Positions 1-9,716 of a DNA stretch of 26,043 nt are shown piece by piece (position 1 is the first letter of the stretch; every line of letters begins with the position of its first letter). Made by a program: the position numbers and the translations under genes. This DNA comes from Planctomycetota bacterium (lineage in GTDB: Bacteria; Planctomycetota; B15-G4; JADJEK01), in contig JBGAIQ010000071.1 in the NCBI GenBank assembly GCA_044225365.1, positions 1-26,043 of the forward strand, given 5' to 3'. The notes under the pieces were generated by a model, which was given only the letters and a program-made list of their open reading frames with translations, was not told the origin of the DNA and searched no databases.

Positions 1-234
1 GCGAACGCGCCGATCATCGATTCCGAATTCCCCTTCCTCCACCTCGACCGCAAGTTCATGCACCTCGGGTTCCACATCTACGACGTGGGTTTCCAGTCGC
101 CCAATGTCGAAGCTGCGAAACCGATGGTCTACATGACCGCGCTCTTGTTGCTCGTCATGATCGTCGTCCTCAACCTGACCGCGATCCTGTATCGCAATCG
201 AATCCGCAAGCGGCTGACGGGCTCCGTGTTCTGA
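1..234 (+). CDS. pstA: Phosphate ABC transporter permease PstA, C-terminal part (5' truncated by window)
   Basis: Frame 1 reads ...LHLDRKFMHLGFHIYDVGFQSPNVEAAKPMVYMTALLLLVMIVVLNLTAILYRNRIRKRLTGSVF*, the last TM helix plus basic tail typical of PstA; immediately upstream of phoU. Confidence 0.85.
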   Translation, partial: ANAPIIDSEFPFLHLDRKFMHLGFHIYDVGFQSPNVEAAKPMVYMTALLLLVMIVVLNLTAILYRNRIRKRLTGSVF

Positions 235-248
235 GCGAGAATGGCGTC

Positions 249-962
249 ATGAGCAAACAGATCGAAGAAGATCTCGACGAAGTGATGAAGATGATCCTCC
301 ACGTGGGAGGCATCGTCGAGGAAGCCGTCGACCGGTCGCTCCATTCCCTGCTCGAGCGCGATCCGGGCGCCGCCGTCAGCGTGATCGAGGGCGACGACCG
401 CATCGACGATCTCGAGAACACGATCGAGCAGAAGTGTCTCGACATCCTCCTGCTCCGCCAGCCGGTCGCGCGCGACCTTCGTCTCGTGACGGGCATCATG
501 AAGATCAATTCGGATCTCGAGCGAATCGGCGACCTCGCGGTCAACATCGCCGAACGCGCGCAGGTGCTGGCCGAAGTGCCGCCGCTGCCGTTCCGGCCCG
601 ACGTGTCGCGCATGGCGGCGATCGCGAAATCGATGCTGCGCAAGGGGCTCGACGCCCTCGTCACTCGGGACTCCCGTCTCGCGTTGCGCGTTTGGGAGAT
701 GGATACCGAGCCGGACCGGCTGTACCGCGAGATCATCGGCGAGGCATCGCATTTCATGCAGCTACACCCCGAGCGCATCGGGGACGCTCTGCATCTCGTC
801 GGAGCGCTTCGCAACCTCGAGCGCATCGCCGATCACGCCACGAATATCGCGGAAGACGTGATCTTCGTCGTCGAGGGCCGCATCGTCCGCCACCGAGTCC
901 GCCAGTGGAAGAACGAGGAGATGATGAACGGAACGCTTCCCGGCGACGGCCCCGGCGGCTGA
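249..962 (+). CDS. phoU: Phosphate signalling complex protein PhoU
   Basis: Two PhoU repeats: QPVARDLR...DLERIGDLAVNIAE and LERIADHATNIAEDVIF; follows pstA. Confidence 0.96.
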   Translation: MSKQIEEDLDEVMKMILHVGGIVEEAVDRSLHSLLERDPGAAVSVIEGDDRIDDLENTIEQKCLDILLLRQPVARDLRLVTGIMKINSDLERIGDLAVNIAERAQVLAEVPPLPFRPDVSRMAAIAKSMLRKGLDALVTRDSRLALRVWEMDTEPDRLYREIIGEASHFMQLHPERIGDALHLVGALRNLERIADHATNIAEDVIFVVEGRIVRHRVRQWKNEEMMNGTLPGDGPGG

Positions 963-1015
963 TGCTGCGGTCGATCGCGGTGGGGTGGGATGCGTGATTC
1001 CACGACGATGAAGGG

Positions 1016-1625
1016 TTTGCCACGGAGGTCAGAGGAGGCCCACGGAGGGCATGAAGCATGAAAAGGGGCCGCCTTCCGAATTCGGACCGCCGCGCTCCAG
1101 CGCGGCCACCCCAGCGCGGCGACCGTCGAAGGACCGCCGCGCAGCTCGCTGCGGCGTTGCCGCGTTCGGTGATGGGGACCGATCCGGAATTTGCCACGGA
1201 GGTTCACGGAGGTCAGAGGAGGCCCACGGAGGGCATGACGCATGAAAAGGGGCCGCCTTCCGAATTCGGACCGCCGCGCTCCAGCGCGGCCACCCCAGCG
1301 CGGCCACCGTCGAAGGACCGCCGCGCGGCTCGCTGCGACGACCCGGCGGTCGAGGCGAGCGCGAGTGCGAACGAGATCGCCCCGCCCGCGGCGGACGGCC
1401 CCTTTTCGAATCTCCGTTCTTCTCCTACCTCCGTGGTCCTCCTCTGACCTCCGTGGTCCTCCGTGAGAAACGATCCCGCTGGCCTTGAAGGACCGCCGCG
1501 CGGCTCGCTGCGACGACCCGGCGGTCGAGGCGAACGCGAGTACGAACGAGATCGCCCCGCCCGCGGCGGACGGCCCCATTTCGAATCTCCGTTCTTCTCC
1601 TACCTCCGTGAACCTCCGTGGGAAA
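1016..1625. repeat. Composite intergenic repeat cluster (MITE/REP-like) with direct and inverted repeats
   Basis: 1021-1153 is nearly identical to 1205-1337 (offset 184); 1312-1435 is nearly identical to 1487-1610 (offset 175); 1021-1048 is the reverse complement of 1428-1455 (1 mismatch); 1190-1212 is the reverse complement of 1603-1625 (1 mismatch). Confidence 0.9.
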
Positions 1626-1710
1626 CGACCGACCTCGCCCTCACGGACCGCCGCGACGCGCGCGTGCGCATTCACGTTGCGGAAGACTTCCGCCCGGAAA
1701 TCGCAGTCGT

Positions 1711-2562
1711 TCACGGTGAGTGGGTCGCGCGAGCGACGTGCGCGTAGCACGTGTCGTGCTTGCGCGGGAAGCGGCTCGAGAGGGAGAAGGATTCGGCGGT
1801 CACGCCGCTGGCGGCGAACAGTTCGCGCTGGATCGTCGATTCATCCGGTTCCTGATTCACGACGATGAGCATGCCGCCCGGTCGCAAGAGCGACAGCACG
1901 TGTTCGAGCGTGGCCCGCGGCTCGAGCGAAGATCGCGAAAGGCCCCAGCGGAGATGGGGGAACGGAGTGAGGAACGGCGAGAACCACGTGATCAAGTCGT
2001 ACGTCTCGCGATGGCGGAGCACGTTTCCCGCGAGATAGCGACCACGCGGTGAATCGCGAAACAGCGTTGCGGACAGATCGAGGAAGTACTCGGCGGCATC
2101 GAACCGACTGTGCATGCCGCGATACACGCGATACGCGTCGAGTTCGATCCCCGTGAGCATCACGGGACCCTCGAATCGACCCCGCAGAGCGCCGAGCAGC
2201 CCGGGTGCGTATTCGAAGTTCTTGGAGCCGACGTCGAGCACCGATGCGCCCTTCGACTTCGCGGGCGGTGTCCGATCGAGGATCGCGGACAAGAGATCGT
2301 AGACGTGGAGGTTCGCGCGCCAGGACCATTCGGAGAGTCCGTTCGCGAGGGGCAAGATCCCGGCGCGGGCGGCGACATCGAGCTCGAGCCTCTCCTGCGG
2401 CGGGTGTTCGCGACGCTCCGAATACCCGGATCGGCGGAACCGCACCGCGTTCCGAAGACGGAAGAAGACGGGATTGAACACCGCGAGCAGCATCGATTCG
2501 ATGTCGGCTACGGCATCGGTCCATGGCGATCGCTCGGGATCGGAATGCGAGGCTCGATTCAT
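1711..2562 (-). CDS. Class I SAM-dependent methyltransferase-like protein
   Basis: Motif I-like VLDVGSKN, acidic LTGIELD, YDLITWF, and LLRPGGMLIV. Start taken at ATG 2562 (ORF track extends to 2601). Confidence 0.75.
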   Translation of the reverse strand: MNRASHSDPERSPWTDAVADIESMLLAVFNPVFFRLRNAVRFRRSGYSERREHPPQERLELDVAARAGILPLANGLSEWSWRANLHVYDLLSAILDRTPPAKSKGASVLDVGSKNFEYAPGLLGALRGRFEGPVMLTGIELDAYRVYRGMHSRFDAAEYFLDLSATLFRDSPRGRYLAGNVLRHRETYDLITWFSPFLTPFPHLRWGLSRSSLEPRATLEHVLSLLRPGGMLIVVNQEPDESTIQRELFAASGVTAESFSLSSRFPRKHDTCYAHVARATHSP

Positions 2563-2666
2563 CGCGGGTGTCGTTGTACCGCCGACGGGGCGGCGATGCA
2601 CTCGTTATGCTGTTCCGACGATTGCGAACCCACGGTTCGAAGACTCGTCGCTCGAAAGGTCCACCG

Positions 2667-4556
2667 ATGCACGTTGCCACGAGACGGGCCGCAACCGCCC
2701 TGGCGCTGACTCTCTGTTTCACCTCCTGCTCCAGTCCCGTCGGCGTCGATCGCGCGGACGCGCGTGATGCGTACCGCCAGCTCACCGGCAACGCGCTCAC
2801 GACGGGCAAGCCGAGCACCTACAGCATCGACGTGCTTCGACGGTTCGCGCTCGACACGTCGTTCGAGGACGATCCCCACGGCGTGCTCGCGCAGCTCGCG
2901 GAGCGGGCGAAGAACGCCGTCGACCGCGACATCTGGTTCGCGCTCGCCGAGCTGTCGCACATTGCCGGCAACGAGTCGAAGGAAACGGCCCGCAACGACT
3001 ACTTCGCTTCGGTGCTCTACGCCTGGTGCTACCTCTTCGACCGTTCCCTCTCGGATCCGCCGAGCGAGTTCGATCCGCGCTTTCGCATCGCCTGTGACGT
3101 GTACAACCGGTCGCTCGCGCTCGCGCTCGACTCCGACGGCGACGGGGAGATCGAGCTGACGGGCGGCAAGATGCCCTGGCTGCGCGGAGAGGTCGATCTC
3201 ACTCTCGACGAGTCGCTCGTCACGTTCGACCCGACCGAGTATCACCACATGCTCCCGTCGTGGAACTATCGCATTCGCGGGCTCGCGAATCGCCATCGCA
3301 CCCCGGGGCTCGGTCTCTCGCTGATCGCGGCCCGCGATGATTCGAAGGTGGGATACGAACCTCAGGAATACCTCGAACATCCACCATGCGTCGTCGCGAC
3401 GTGCCTGCTCGTGATCGAGGGCGGCTCCGATGCCCTGAAGACGGGCAACGTGCGAGGAACGCTCCGCCTCGTCTCCCCGATCCGCGTGCCGCAGATCGAG
3501 GTCGACGGTCGCCGCATCGCGGTCGAGTGGGACTACAGCACCGTCCTCGCCTATGGCCTCCACGAGTCGAAGCTCTTCGATCTCGAGTTGCCATCGCTCC
3601 TCGGCAACTGGAACGAGAAGGACTACACGGGCCTGTATCAGGCGCAGCCCTACGAGAAGGGGAAGATCCCGGTGATCTTCATCCACGGGACGGCGTCGTC
3701 GGTCGCTCGCTGGGCCGACATGTTCAACGATCTCCTCGACGACCGTTTCGTGCGAGAGCACTACCAGTTCTGGTACTTCACGTATCTGTCGGGCAACACG
3801 ATCCCGGTATCCGCGAGCAACCTTCGCAAGGCGCTGCGCGAGGCTCGCGAACGACTCGATCCCAAACACGAAGATCCCGCGCTCGATCACATGGTGTTGA
3901 TCGGGCACAGCCAGGGCGGGTTGCTCGCCCGCCTCGCGGTCATCGACGACTCCAAGCAAGCATTGTGGGACTCCTTGTTCGCGAAACCATTCGATGCCCT
4001 GAAGGGAGATCCGGCGACGCTCGAGTTCGTCCACGACGCGTTCTTCCCCACACCGGTGCCGAGCGTGACGCGCGCGATCTACATCGCGACACCGCATCGC
4101 GGGAGCTACCTCGCCGACGACTGGATCGGGAAGATCATCCGCGAGCTCATCTCGGTGCCGGACAAAGTGCTGACGACCACGATCGACGTCGTCACGCTGA
4201 ATCGCGACATCCTGCGCTACGACACCGAGAGCGAGGTTCCGACGAGCATCAGCGGAATGTCGACGAAGGATCCATTCTTGCTCGCCCTCGCAGGCCTTCA
4301 TCCGCGAGAGGGCGTCCGGGAGAACGCGATCGTCGCACTCCGACCGGGAGCCTCGAAGGAGGAGGGAAGCGACGGCGTCGTCGAGTACAAGTCCGCCGCG
4401 CTCCCCGGTTGCGAGTCGCAGTGCGACGTCTCCGGCTACCACAGTTGCCAGAGTCATCCCCTCGTCATCAACGAAGTGCGGCGCATCCTGCGCGACCACG
4501 CGAATCAGGCGAACCTCGAGTCGCCGCCCCTGATCGTTCCGGTCAGCGGCAAGTGA
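2667..4556 (+). CDS. Lipoprotein alpha/beta-hydrolase (lipase/esterase-like)
   Basis: GAAAGG SD before ATG 2667; signal peptide with lipobox-like LCFTSC; PVIFIHG, nucleophile elbow GHSQGG, IATPHRGS, DGVV and C-terminal His (GYHSCQSHP). Confidence 0.85.
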   Translation: MHVATRRAATALALTLCFTSCSSPVGVDRADARDAYRQLTGNALTTGKPSTYSIDVLRRFALDTSFEDDPHGVLAQLAERAKNAVDRDIWFALAELSHIAGNESKETARNDYFASVLYAWCYLFDRSLSDPPSEFDPRFRIACDVYNRSLALALDSDGDGEIELTGGKMPWLRGEVDLTLDESLVTFDPTEYHHMLPSWNYRIRGLANRHRTPGLGLSLIAARDDSKVGYEPQEYLEHPPCVVATCLLVIEGGSDALKTGNVRGTLRLVSPIRVPQIEVDGRRIAVEWDYSTVLAYGLHESKLFDLELPSLLGNWNEKDYTGLYQAQPYEKGKIPVIFIHGTASSVARWADMFNDLLDDRFVREHYQFWYFTYLSGNTIPVSASNLRKALREARERLDPKHEDPALDHMVLIGHSQGGLLARLAVIDDSKQALWDSLFAKPFDALKGDPATLEFVHDAFFPTPVPSVTRAIYIATPHRGSYLADDWIGKIIRELISVPDKVLTTTIDVVTLNRDILRYDTESEVPTSISGMSTKDPFLLALAGLHPREGVRENAIVALRPGASKEEGSDGVVEYKSAALPGCESQCDVSGYHSCQSHPLVINEVRRILRDHANQANLESPPLIVPVSGK

Positions 4557-4599
4557 CGCGGCGGCGATTCGAGCGCGACGACTTCGCTACGATCCCATC

Positions 4600-5367
4600 G
4601 TGACCTCGAAACGCTGCCACTTCGTACTGGTCGAGCCGCTCTACGCCGGCAACGTCGGCGCCACCTGTCGCGCGCTCAAGAACAACGGCTTCTCCTCCTT
4701 GCGTCTCGTGCGGCCTCCAAAGCTCGATGGTGAGGCGACCAAAATGGCGTGGAAATCGCTCGACGTGCTGCGCGGCGCGAAGAAGTTCGAAGCGCTCGAC
4801 GAAGCCATTGCGGACTGCAAGCTCATCGTCGGTTTCTCGGCGCGTGCACGGCGATCCGATCGTCCGCTGCTCGAACTCGACGCAGCGCTGCCGAGGATCG
4901 TCGCCGCGGCGACGGCTCGCAACGGTCACGTCGCGCTGCTGTTCGGCCGCGAGGATCGAGGTCTGACCCACGCTGAGCTGGCGTCGTGTCAGTTCCTCGT
5001 TCGCATCGATGCGGCGAAGGAGCGCCAGGTCTTCAATCTCTCGCAAGCCGTTCTCATCGCGGCGTATCAACTGCGGCGAGCGCTTCTCGCGCGAGGACGA
5101 CGTTCGAAGGCGCCGCTCCCGCAATCCGACGCGCCGCTCCCGAGTCTGCAGGCGAGCGCACGGACTCACCTGCGAGAGCGGATCGAATCGGCCCTGCGAC
5201 ACCTTGGATACGAGGAGCTCGCGGACAAGAGGCTGTTGCCGCGGATCGTGGCGCGCGCGGATCGGCTGCTCGATCGCGCCGCGCTGGAGCCCTCGGATCT
5301 CGCGATGCTCCTCGGCGTCCTCCGCAGGATCGAGCACCCTCGCGATCCCGACGACACCCGGAGCTGA
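4600..5367 (+). CDS. trmJ: SPOUT-family tRNA/rRNA 2'-O-methyltransferase (TrmJ/LasT-like)
   Basis: FVLVEPLYAGNVGATCRALKNNG, LLFGREDRGLT, FNLSQAV motifs; GTG start. Confidence 0.88.
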   Translation: MTSKRCHFVLVEPLYAGNVGATCRALKNNGFSSLRLVRPPKLDGEATKMAWKSLDVLRGAKKFEALDEAIADCKLIVGFSARARRSDRPLLELDAALPRIVAAATARNGHVALLFGREDRGLTHAELASCQFLVRIDAAKERQVFNLSQAVLIAAYQLRRALLARGRRSKAPLPQSDAPLPSLQASARTHLRERIESALRHLGYEELADKRLLPRIVARADRLLDRAALEPSDLAMLLGVLRRIEHPRDPDDTRS

Positions 5368-5382
5368 TAGGATCGCTCGTCT

Positions 5383-6366
5383 ATGCAGATCGCGCACGAA
5401 ACCATCCGTTCGAAGAACCTGTCGCTCGATGCCGTGAAGGGCCTGCTGGAGCGTCCCCTTCTCGACCTCGTGTTCGAAGCGGCGTCGATCCACCGCGCCC
5501 ACCACGATGCCTCACAGATCCAGTGCTCGCAGCTCCTGTCGATCAAGACCGGGGGCTGCCCCGAGGACTGCGGCTACTGTTCGCAGAGCGCCCACTACAA
5601 GACGCCCGTCGAACGCGAACCGCTGCTCGAGGTCGACGCGGTGCTGACGGCCGCGAAGCAAGCGAAAGCGAACGGCGCGGATCGATTCTGCATGGGCGCG
5701 GCGTGGCGCGAGGTGCGTGACGGGGCCGAGTTCGACCGCGTGCTCCAAATGGTCGAGGGAGTGAAATCCCTCGGCCTCGAATCGTGCGTGACGCTCGGCA
5801 TGCTCGATCCATCGCAGGCGGCGCGGCTGAAGGAAGCCGGGCTCGATTACTACAACCACAATCTCGATACGGGTCGCAGTCACTACGGCAACGTGGTCAC
5901 CACGCGTACGTACGACGATCGACTGCGCACCCTCTCGGCGGTGCGGGAATCGGGCATTCGCGTCTGCTGCGGAGGCATCCTCGGGCTCGGCGAGGACGCG
6001 CGCTCGCGGGCGGAATTCCTGTGGCAGCTCGCGACGCTCGATCCGCCGCCCGAGAGCGTGCCGATCAACGCGCTCGTTCACGTCGAGGGAACTCCCCTGT
6101 CGAACTCGACGAGCGTCGAGTGGACCGATCTCGTGCGCATGGTCGCTGCCGCGCGCATCCTCATGCCGACCTCGAAGGTGCGACTTTCCGCGGGTCGTAC
6201 GGGGCTCACCGAAGAGGCGCAGGCAATGTGCTTCCTCGCCGGAGCGAATTCGATCTTCATCGGGGACGAATTGCTCACGACTCCCAATCCGAATCCTCGG
6301 ACCGATGCTTCGCTGCTCGAGAAACTCGGACTGAGACCGTCCGCGTGCTCGGCGCACCGTGATTGA
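5383..6366 (+). CDS. bioB: Biotin synthase (radical SAM)
   Basis: [17 protein letters not shown] (CxxxCxxC), [46 protein letters not shown]. Confidence 0.98.
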   Translation: MQIAHETIRSKNLSLDAVKGLLERPLLDLVFEAASIHRAHHDASQIQCSQLLSIKTGGCPEDCGYCSQSAHYKTPVEREPLLEVDAVLTAAKQAKANGADRFCMGAAWREVRDGAEFDRVLQMVEGVKSLGLESCVTLGMLDPSQAARLKEAGLDYYNHNLDTGRSHYGNVVTTRTYDDRLRTLSAVRESGIRVCCGGILGLGEDARSRAEFLWQLATLDPPPESVPINALVHVEGTPLSNSTSVEWTDLVRMVAAARILMPTSKVRLSAGRTGLTEEAQAMCFLAGANSIFIGDELLTTPNPNPRTDASLLEKLGLRPSACSAHRD

Positions 6367-8218
6367 CGACGACTCCCCTTCGAAGGGCGGGTTCCTCCGC
6401 GAACTCACTCGTGAGCTCGCGGCGCTCGAGGCGGCCGGACTGCGTCGCACGACGACGCACCTCCCGCGGCGAGCGGCGGACTTCGTCTCGAACGACTACC
6501 TCGGACTCGCGCGCCATCCTGCGGTCCTCGAGGCCGCTTCCAAGGCAATCGAGGAGTTCGGCGCCGGATGCGGCGCCGCACGTCTTCTTGGGGCTGGAGC
6601 GGAACTCCACGACGCCGTGGAGACGGCGATCGCGAACTGGCTCGGCGCGGAATCCGCGCTGTTCTTCCCGAGCGGATATCAAGCCAACCTCGGCGTCATC
6701 GCGGGCCTCTTCGGTCCTTCCGACGCGATCATCAGCGACGAGTTGAACCACGCGTCGATCATCGACGCGTGCCGATTGTCGCGCGCTCGGGTCGAGATCC
6801 ATCCCCACGCCGACCTGGCGGCGATCGCCCGGGCACTTCGCGCGACGCGAGGAGCTCGACGGCGTCTCGTCGTCACCGAATCGATCTTCTCGATGGAGGG
6901 CGATCTCGCGCCGCTCGAGGCGATCCATCGGCTCTGCCGCGAGCACGATGCGCTGTTGCTCGTCGACGAGGCGCACGCGGTCGGATTGCTCGGCGATGCC
7001 GGCGCCGGGGCTTGGCGTAGTGGGAAGCGCGACGAGGGCGCGCTGCTCGGTCGAATCGTGACGGGCGGCAAGGCGCTCGGCGTCGCGGGAGGTTTCTTCG
7101 TCGGAGAGAGGGTCGTTCGGGAGATGCTCCTGCATCGCGCGCGTTCGTTCGTCTTCACCACGGCGTCGCCACCCGCCGTACTCGGCGCATTGCGGCGGTC
7201 GATCGCGATTGCGGCAGAGATGACGGACGAGGCGAAGCGCGTCCTTCATCTCGCGAAGCAGGTCGCGCGGGCGCTTCAGGTGCGAGCCCGCGTGGATGCC
7301 GCGATCGTTCCCTTCGTCGTCGGCGACCCTCGACTCGCCCTCCGCGCCGCGGCCGAATGCGCGGCAGCGGGCCTCGACGTGCGCGCCGTGCGGCCGCCCA
7401 CGGTCCCGAGTGGCACCTCGCGGCTGCGCATCGCGATCCACGCGCACAATACGCAGGCCGAGGTGGAGCGGTTGGTCCGCGTGCTCGAGCCGTTCGTGCG
7501 CGGCGAGGGCGGCGCGCACATCGTGGGGTCGCCCGCTCCTCGCAGCGAGGCGATCTTCGTCGTGGGCACCGATACGGGCGTCGGCAAGACGATCGCGTCG
7601 AGCCTGCTCGTGCGCGCCTTGCGCCGCACCTCCCGCGTCGCATACTGGAAGCCCGTTCAAACGGGGGACGAGAGCGATACGGGGGTGGTGGCGAAGCTCG
7701 CGGGTCTTTCGGATGGTGAGCGAATCGAGCCGTTCCACCACTTCGCGCTGCCCGCCTCGCCACACACGGCGGCGGAAGCGGAGAGCGCCTCGATCGATCC
7801 GACCGCGGTCGATCTCGAGCTCGATCGACATCTTCGGTCGTCGCCCGATGGCACTCGCATCGTCGTGGAGTTCGCGGGCGGCCTGCTCGTTCCGTGGCGA
7901 CTCGGTTTCGATCAAGGGGATTGGCTCGGCGCGCGCCGGAGCGCGACCCTCCTCGTCGCGCGGTCGGGCCTCGGCACGCTGAATCACACCGGACTCACGC
8001 TCGAAGCGCTGCGTCGTCGCGCCATCGTTCCGCGCGCACTGCTCCTGGTGGGTGAGGCGCACGCTGCGAACTGCCGCACATTGAAGGCGCTCCATCCCGA
8101 CGTTCCGCTCTTCCACCTGCCCCTGTTCGACCCCTTGCGCGGCGAAGATCTCGAGCGCTGGCTCGACGCGAACGCCGAGTTCGGCGAACGATTCGCATCG
8201 CAGAGAGCGCAGCGATGA
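6359..8218 (+). CDS. bioF-bioD: Fused 8-amino-7-oxononanoate synthase (BioF) and dethiobiotin synthetase (BioD)
   Basis: N-terminal [51 protein letters not shown]; after ~7550 [36 protein letters not shown]; one uninterrupted frame. Confidence 0.93.
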   Translation: MIDDDSPSKGGFLRELTRELAALEAAGLRRTTTHLPRRAADFVSNDYLGLARHPAVLEAASKAIEEFGAGCGAARLLGAGAELHDAVETAIANWLGAESALFFPSGYQANLGVIAGLFGPSDAIISDELNHASIIDACRLSRARVEIHPHADLAAIARALRATRGARRRLVVTESIFSMEGDLAPLEAIHRLCREHDALLLVDEAHAVGLLGDAGAGAWRSGKRDEGALLGRIVTGGKALGVAGGFFVGERVVREMLLHRARSFVFTTASPPAVLGALRRSIAIAAEMTDEAKRVLHLAKQVARALQVRARVDAAIVPFVVGDPRLALRAAAECAAAGLDVRAVRPPTVPSGTSRLRIAIHAHNTQAEVERLVRVLEPFVRGEGGAHIVGSPAPRSEAIFVVGTDTGVGKTIASSLLVRALRRTSRVAYWKPVQTGDESDTGVVAKLAGLSDGERIEPFHHFALPASPHTAAEAESASIDPTAVDLELDRHLRSSPDGTRIVVEFAGGLLVPWRLGFDQGDWLGARRSATLLVARSGLGTLNHTGLTLEALRRRAIVPRALLLVGEAHAANCRTLKALHPDVPLFHLPLFDPLRGEDLERWLDANAEFGERFASQRAQR

Positions 8219-9486
8219 GCGGCGATCTCGTTCGACGCGACAAAGGCAGCGTGTGGCACCCGCTCACGCAACACGGCCTCGAAGGCGATCCGCTACCCGT
8301 CGTGAGAGCGTTCGGGTCGAAGCTCGTCCTCGACGACGGTCGCGAACTGATCGATGCGATCGCTTCGTGGTGGTGCTGCCTGCATGGTCACGGTCGCGCA
8401 GAACTCGTCGAGGCGATCGCAAGACAGGCGAGGACGCTCGATCACGTCCTGCTCGCGGGCGCGACGCACGAACCCGCGGTGGCCCTCGCCGAGCGCCTCC
8501 TCGGCGTGGCGCCGCGCGGGCTGTCGCGGGTGTTCTACAGCGACGACGGATCGACCGCGATCGAGGTCGCATTGAAGATGGCGATCCAGCGCCATGCGCA
8601 GTGCGGCGAAGCGAACCGCCGCGTCTTCATCGCGTTCGACGGCGGATATCACGGCGACACCTTCGGAGCGATGGCCGTCTCCGACCCCGATCCGTACTTC
8701 GTCCCGTTCTCGCCCCTCTGCTTCGAGACGCGCCGCGTGCCGCTCGATGTCGCAGCGCTGGCGTCGGCTCTAGAGGAACTCGGCGACCGCGCCGCCGGAA
8801 TCGTGCTCGAGCCGCTCGTCCAGGGTGCGGCGGGGATGCGAATGCACGATGCTGGGTTCGTCGTGCGGGTCCGAGAGCTCGCGACCGCGCATCGCATCCC
8901 GTTCATCGCGGACGAAGTGATGACCGGATTCGGTCGAACCGGGTCGATCTTCGCCTGCGGTCGCGCTGGCGTGACGCCCGACCTCATGTGCGTTTCGAAG
9001 GGACTCACGGGCGGCATGCTGCCGCTCGCAGCGACCCTTGCCACGGAAGAGTTCTTCGCGGCATTCGTGGCGGAGGAGCGCCGGCGCGCGTTCTTCCACG
9101 GGCATACCTTCACCGGGAATCCGATCGCGTGCGCGGTCGCGTTGGCTTCGCTCGAGCTCGTTCTGAAAGACGATGTCCCGAAGCGACTCGACGCGATCGG
9201 ATCGACGATCGAGAGTGCGCTCGCTGGATTCGCGAAGAACGAGCCGCGCGTGAAGGAACTGCGGAGGTTGGGCGGCATCGTGGCGCTCGAGCTCCATCCC
9301 AGCGACGGCGCGCCGAGCTACTTCGACTCCCGCGCACTCGCGATGCGCAAGGCGGCGATCGAATGCGGCGTACTGCTGCGTCCCCTCGGAAACGTCATCT
9401 ATGCGTTGCCTCCCGCGTGCCTCGACGAAGACGAATGCGCGCGCGTGGCGTGGGCGATGCAGACTGTCGCCCGCGTCGATCCGTGA
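8215..9486 (+). CDS. bioA: Adenosylmethionine-8-amino-7-oxononanoate aminotransferase
   Basis: VWHPLTQ, SWWCCLHGH, DDGSTAIEVALK, YHGDTFGAM, DEVMTGFGRTG, SKGLTGG, HGHTFTGNP, LLRPLGN; ATGA overlap with bioFD. Confidence 0.97.
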   Translation: MSGDLVRRDKGSVWHPLTQHGLEGDPLPVVRAFGSKLVLDDGRELIDAIASWWCCLHGHGRAELVEAIARQARTLDHVLLAGATHEPAVALAERLLGVAPRGLSRVFYSDDGSTAIEVALKMAIQRHAQCGEANRRVFIAFDGGYHGDTFGAMAVSDPDPYFVPFSPLCFETRRVPLDVAALASALEELGDRAAGIVLEPLVQGAAGMRMHDAGFVVRVRELATAHRIPFIADEVMTGFGRTGSIFACGRAGVTPDLMCVSKGLTGGMLPLAATLATEEFFAAFVAEERRRAFFHGHTFTGNPIACAVALASLELVLKDDVPKRLDAIGSTIESALAGFAKNEPRVKELRRLGGIVALELHPSDGAPSYFDSRALAMRKAAIECGVLLRPLGNVIYALPPACLDEDECARVAWAMQTVARVDP

Positions 9487-9716
9487 TTCGGCGACGTAAT
9501 GTCATTGCAAGCGGACCCCCTGAGTTCGAGAATTCCCGGGACAGCGAACTCCGCTCGCCCGGGTCGAACGTCTGTTCCTCGCTTCCCACACCAGAATCCG
9601 CGGGACGAACGCAACGGAACTCGGATCATGGAACCGTGGTTCTGCGAGGCGACGCCACCGTCGCTGGACGTCATCGTCGACTTCACCGCGGGATCGAAGA
9701 AACCAAGGATGGAATC

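Noticed and set aside
1016-1625. CRISPR array
   Set aside because: Repeats are 120-135 bp, overlapping and partly inverted, with no constant repeat/unique spacer pattern and no cas genes.
833-1868. Short ORFs across the repeat cluster
   Set aside because: They are translations of repeated GC-rich DNA, Arg/Pro/Ala-rich and without motifs.
1711-4556. Methyltransferase plus hydrolase acting as BioC/BioH substitutes
   Set aside because: Tempting by proximity to bio genes, but the hydrolase is a large exported lipoprotein, whereas BioH acts on cytoplasmic ACP esters, and trmJ intervenes.
8253-9716. N-terminal 488 codons of the 810-aa ORF
   Set aside because: Off-frame shadow of bioA; the real gene begins at ATG 9717 with SD and signal peptide.
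9487-9716. ECF sigma promoter (GGAAC motifs) or ncRNA upstream of the lipoprotein
   Set aside because: Motif match is too weak to support by eye.
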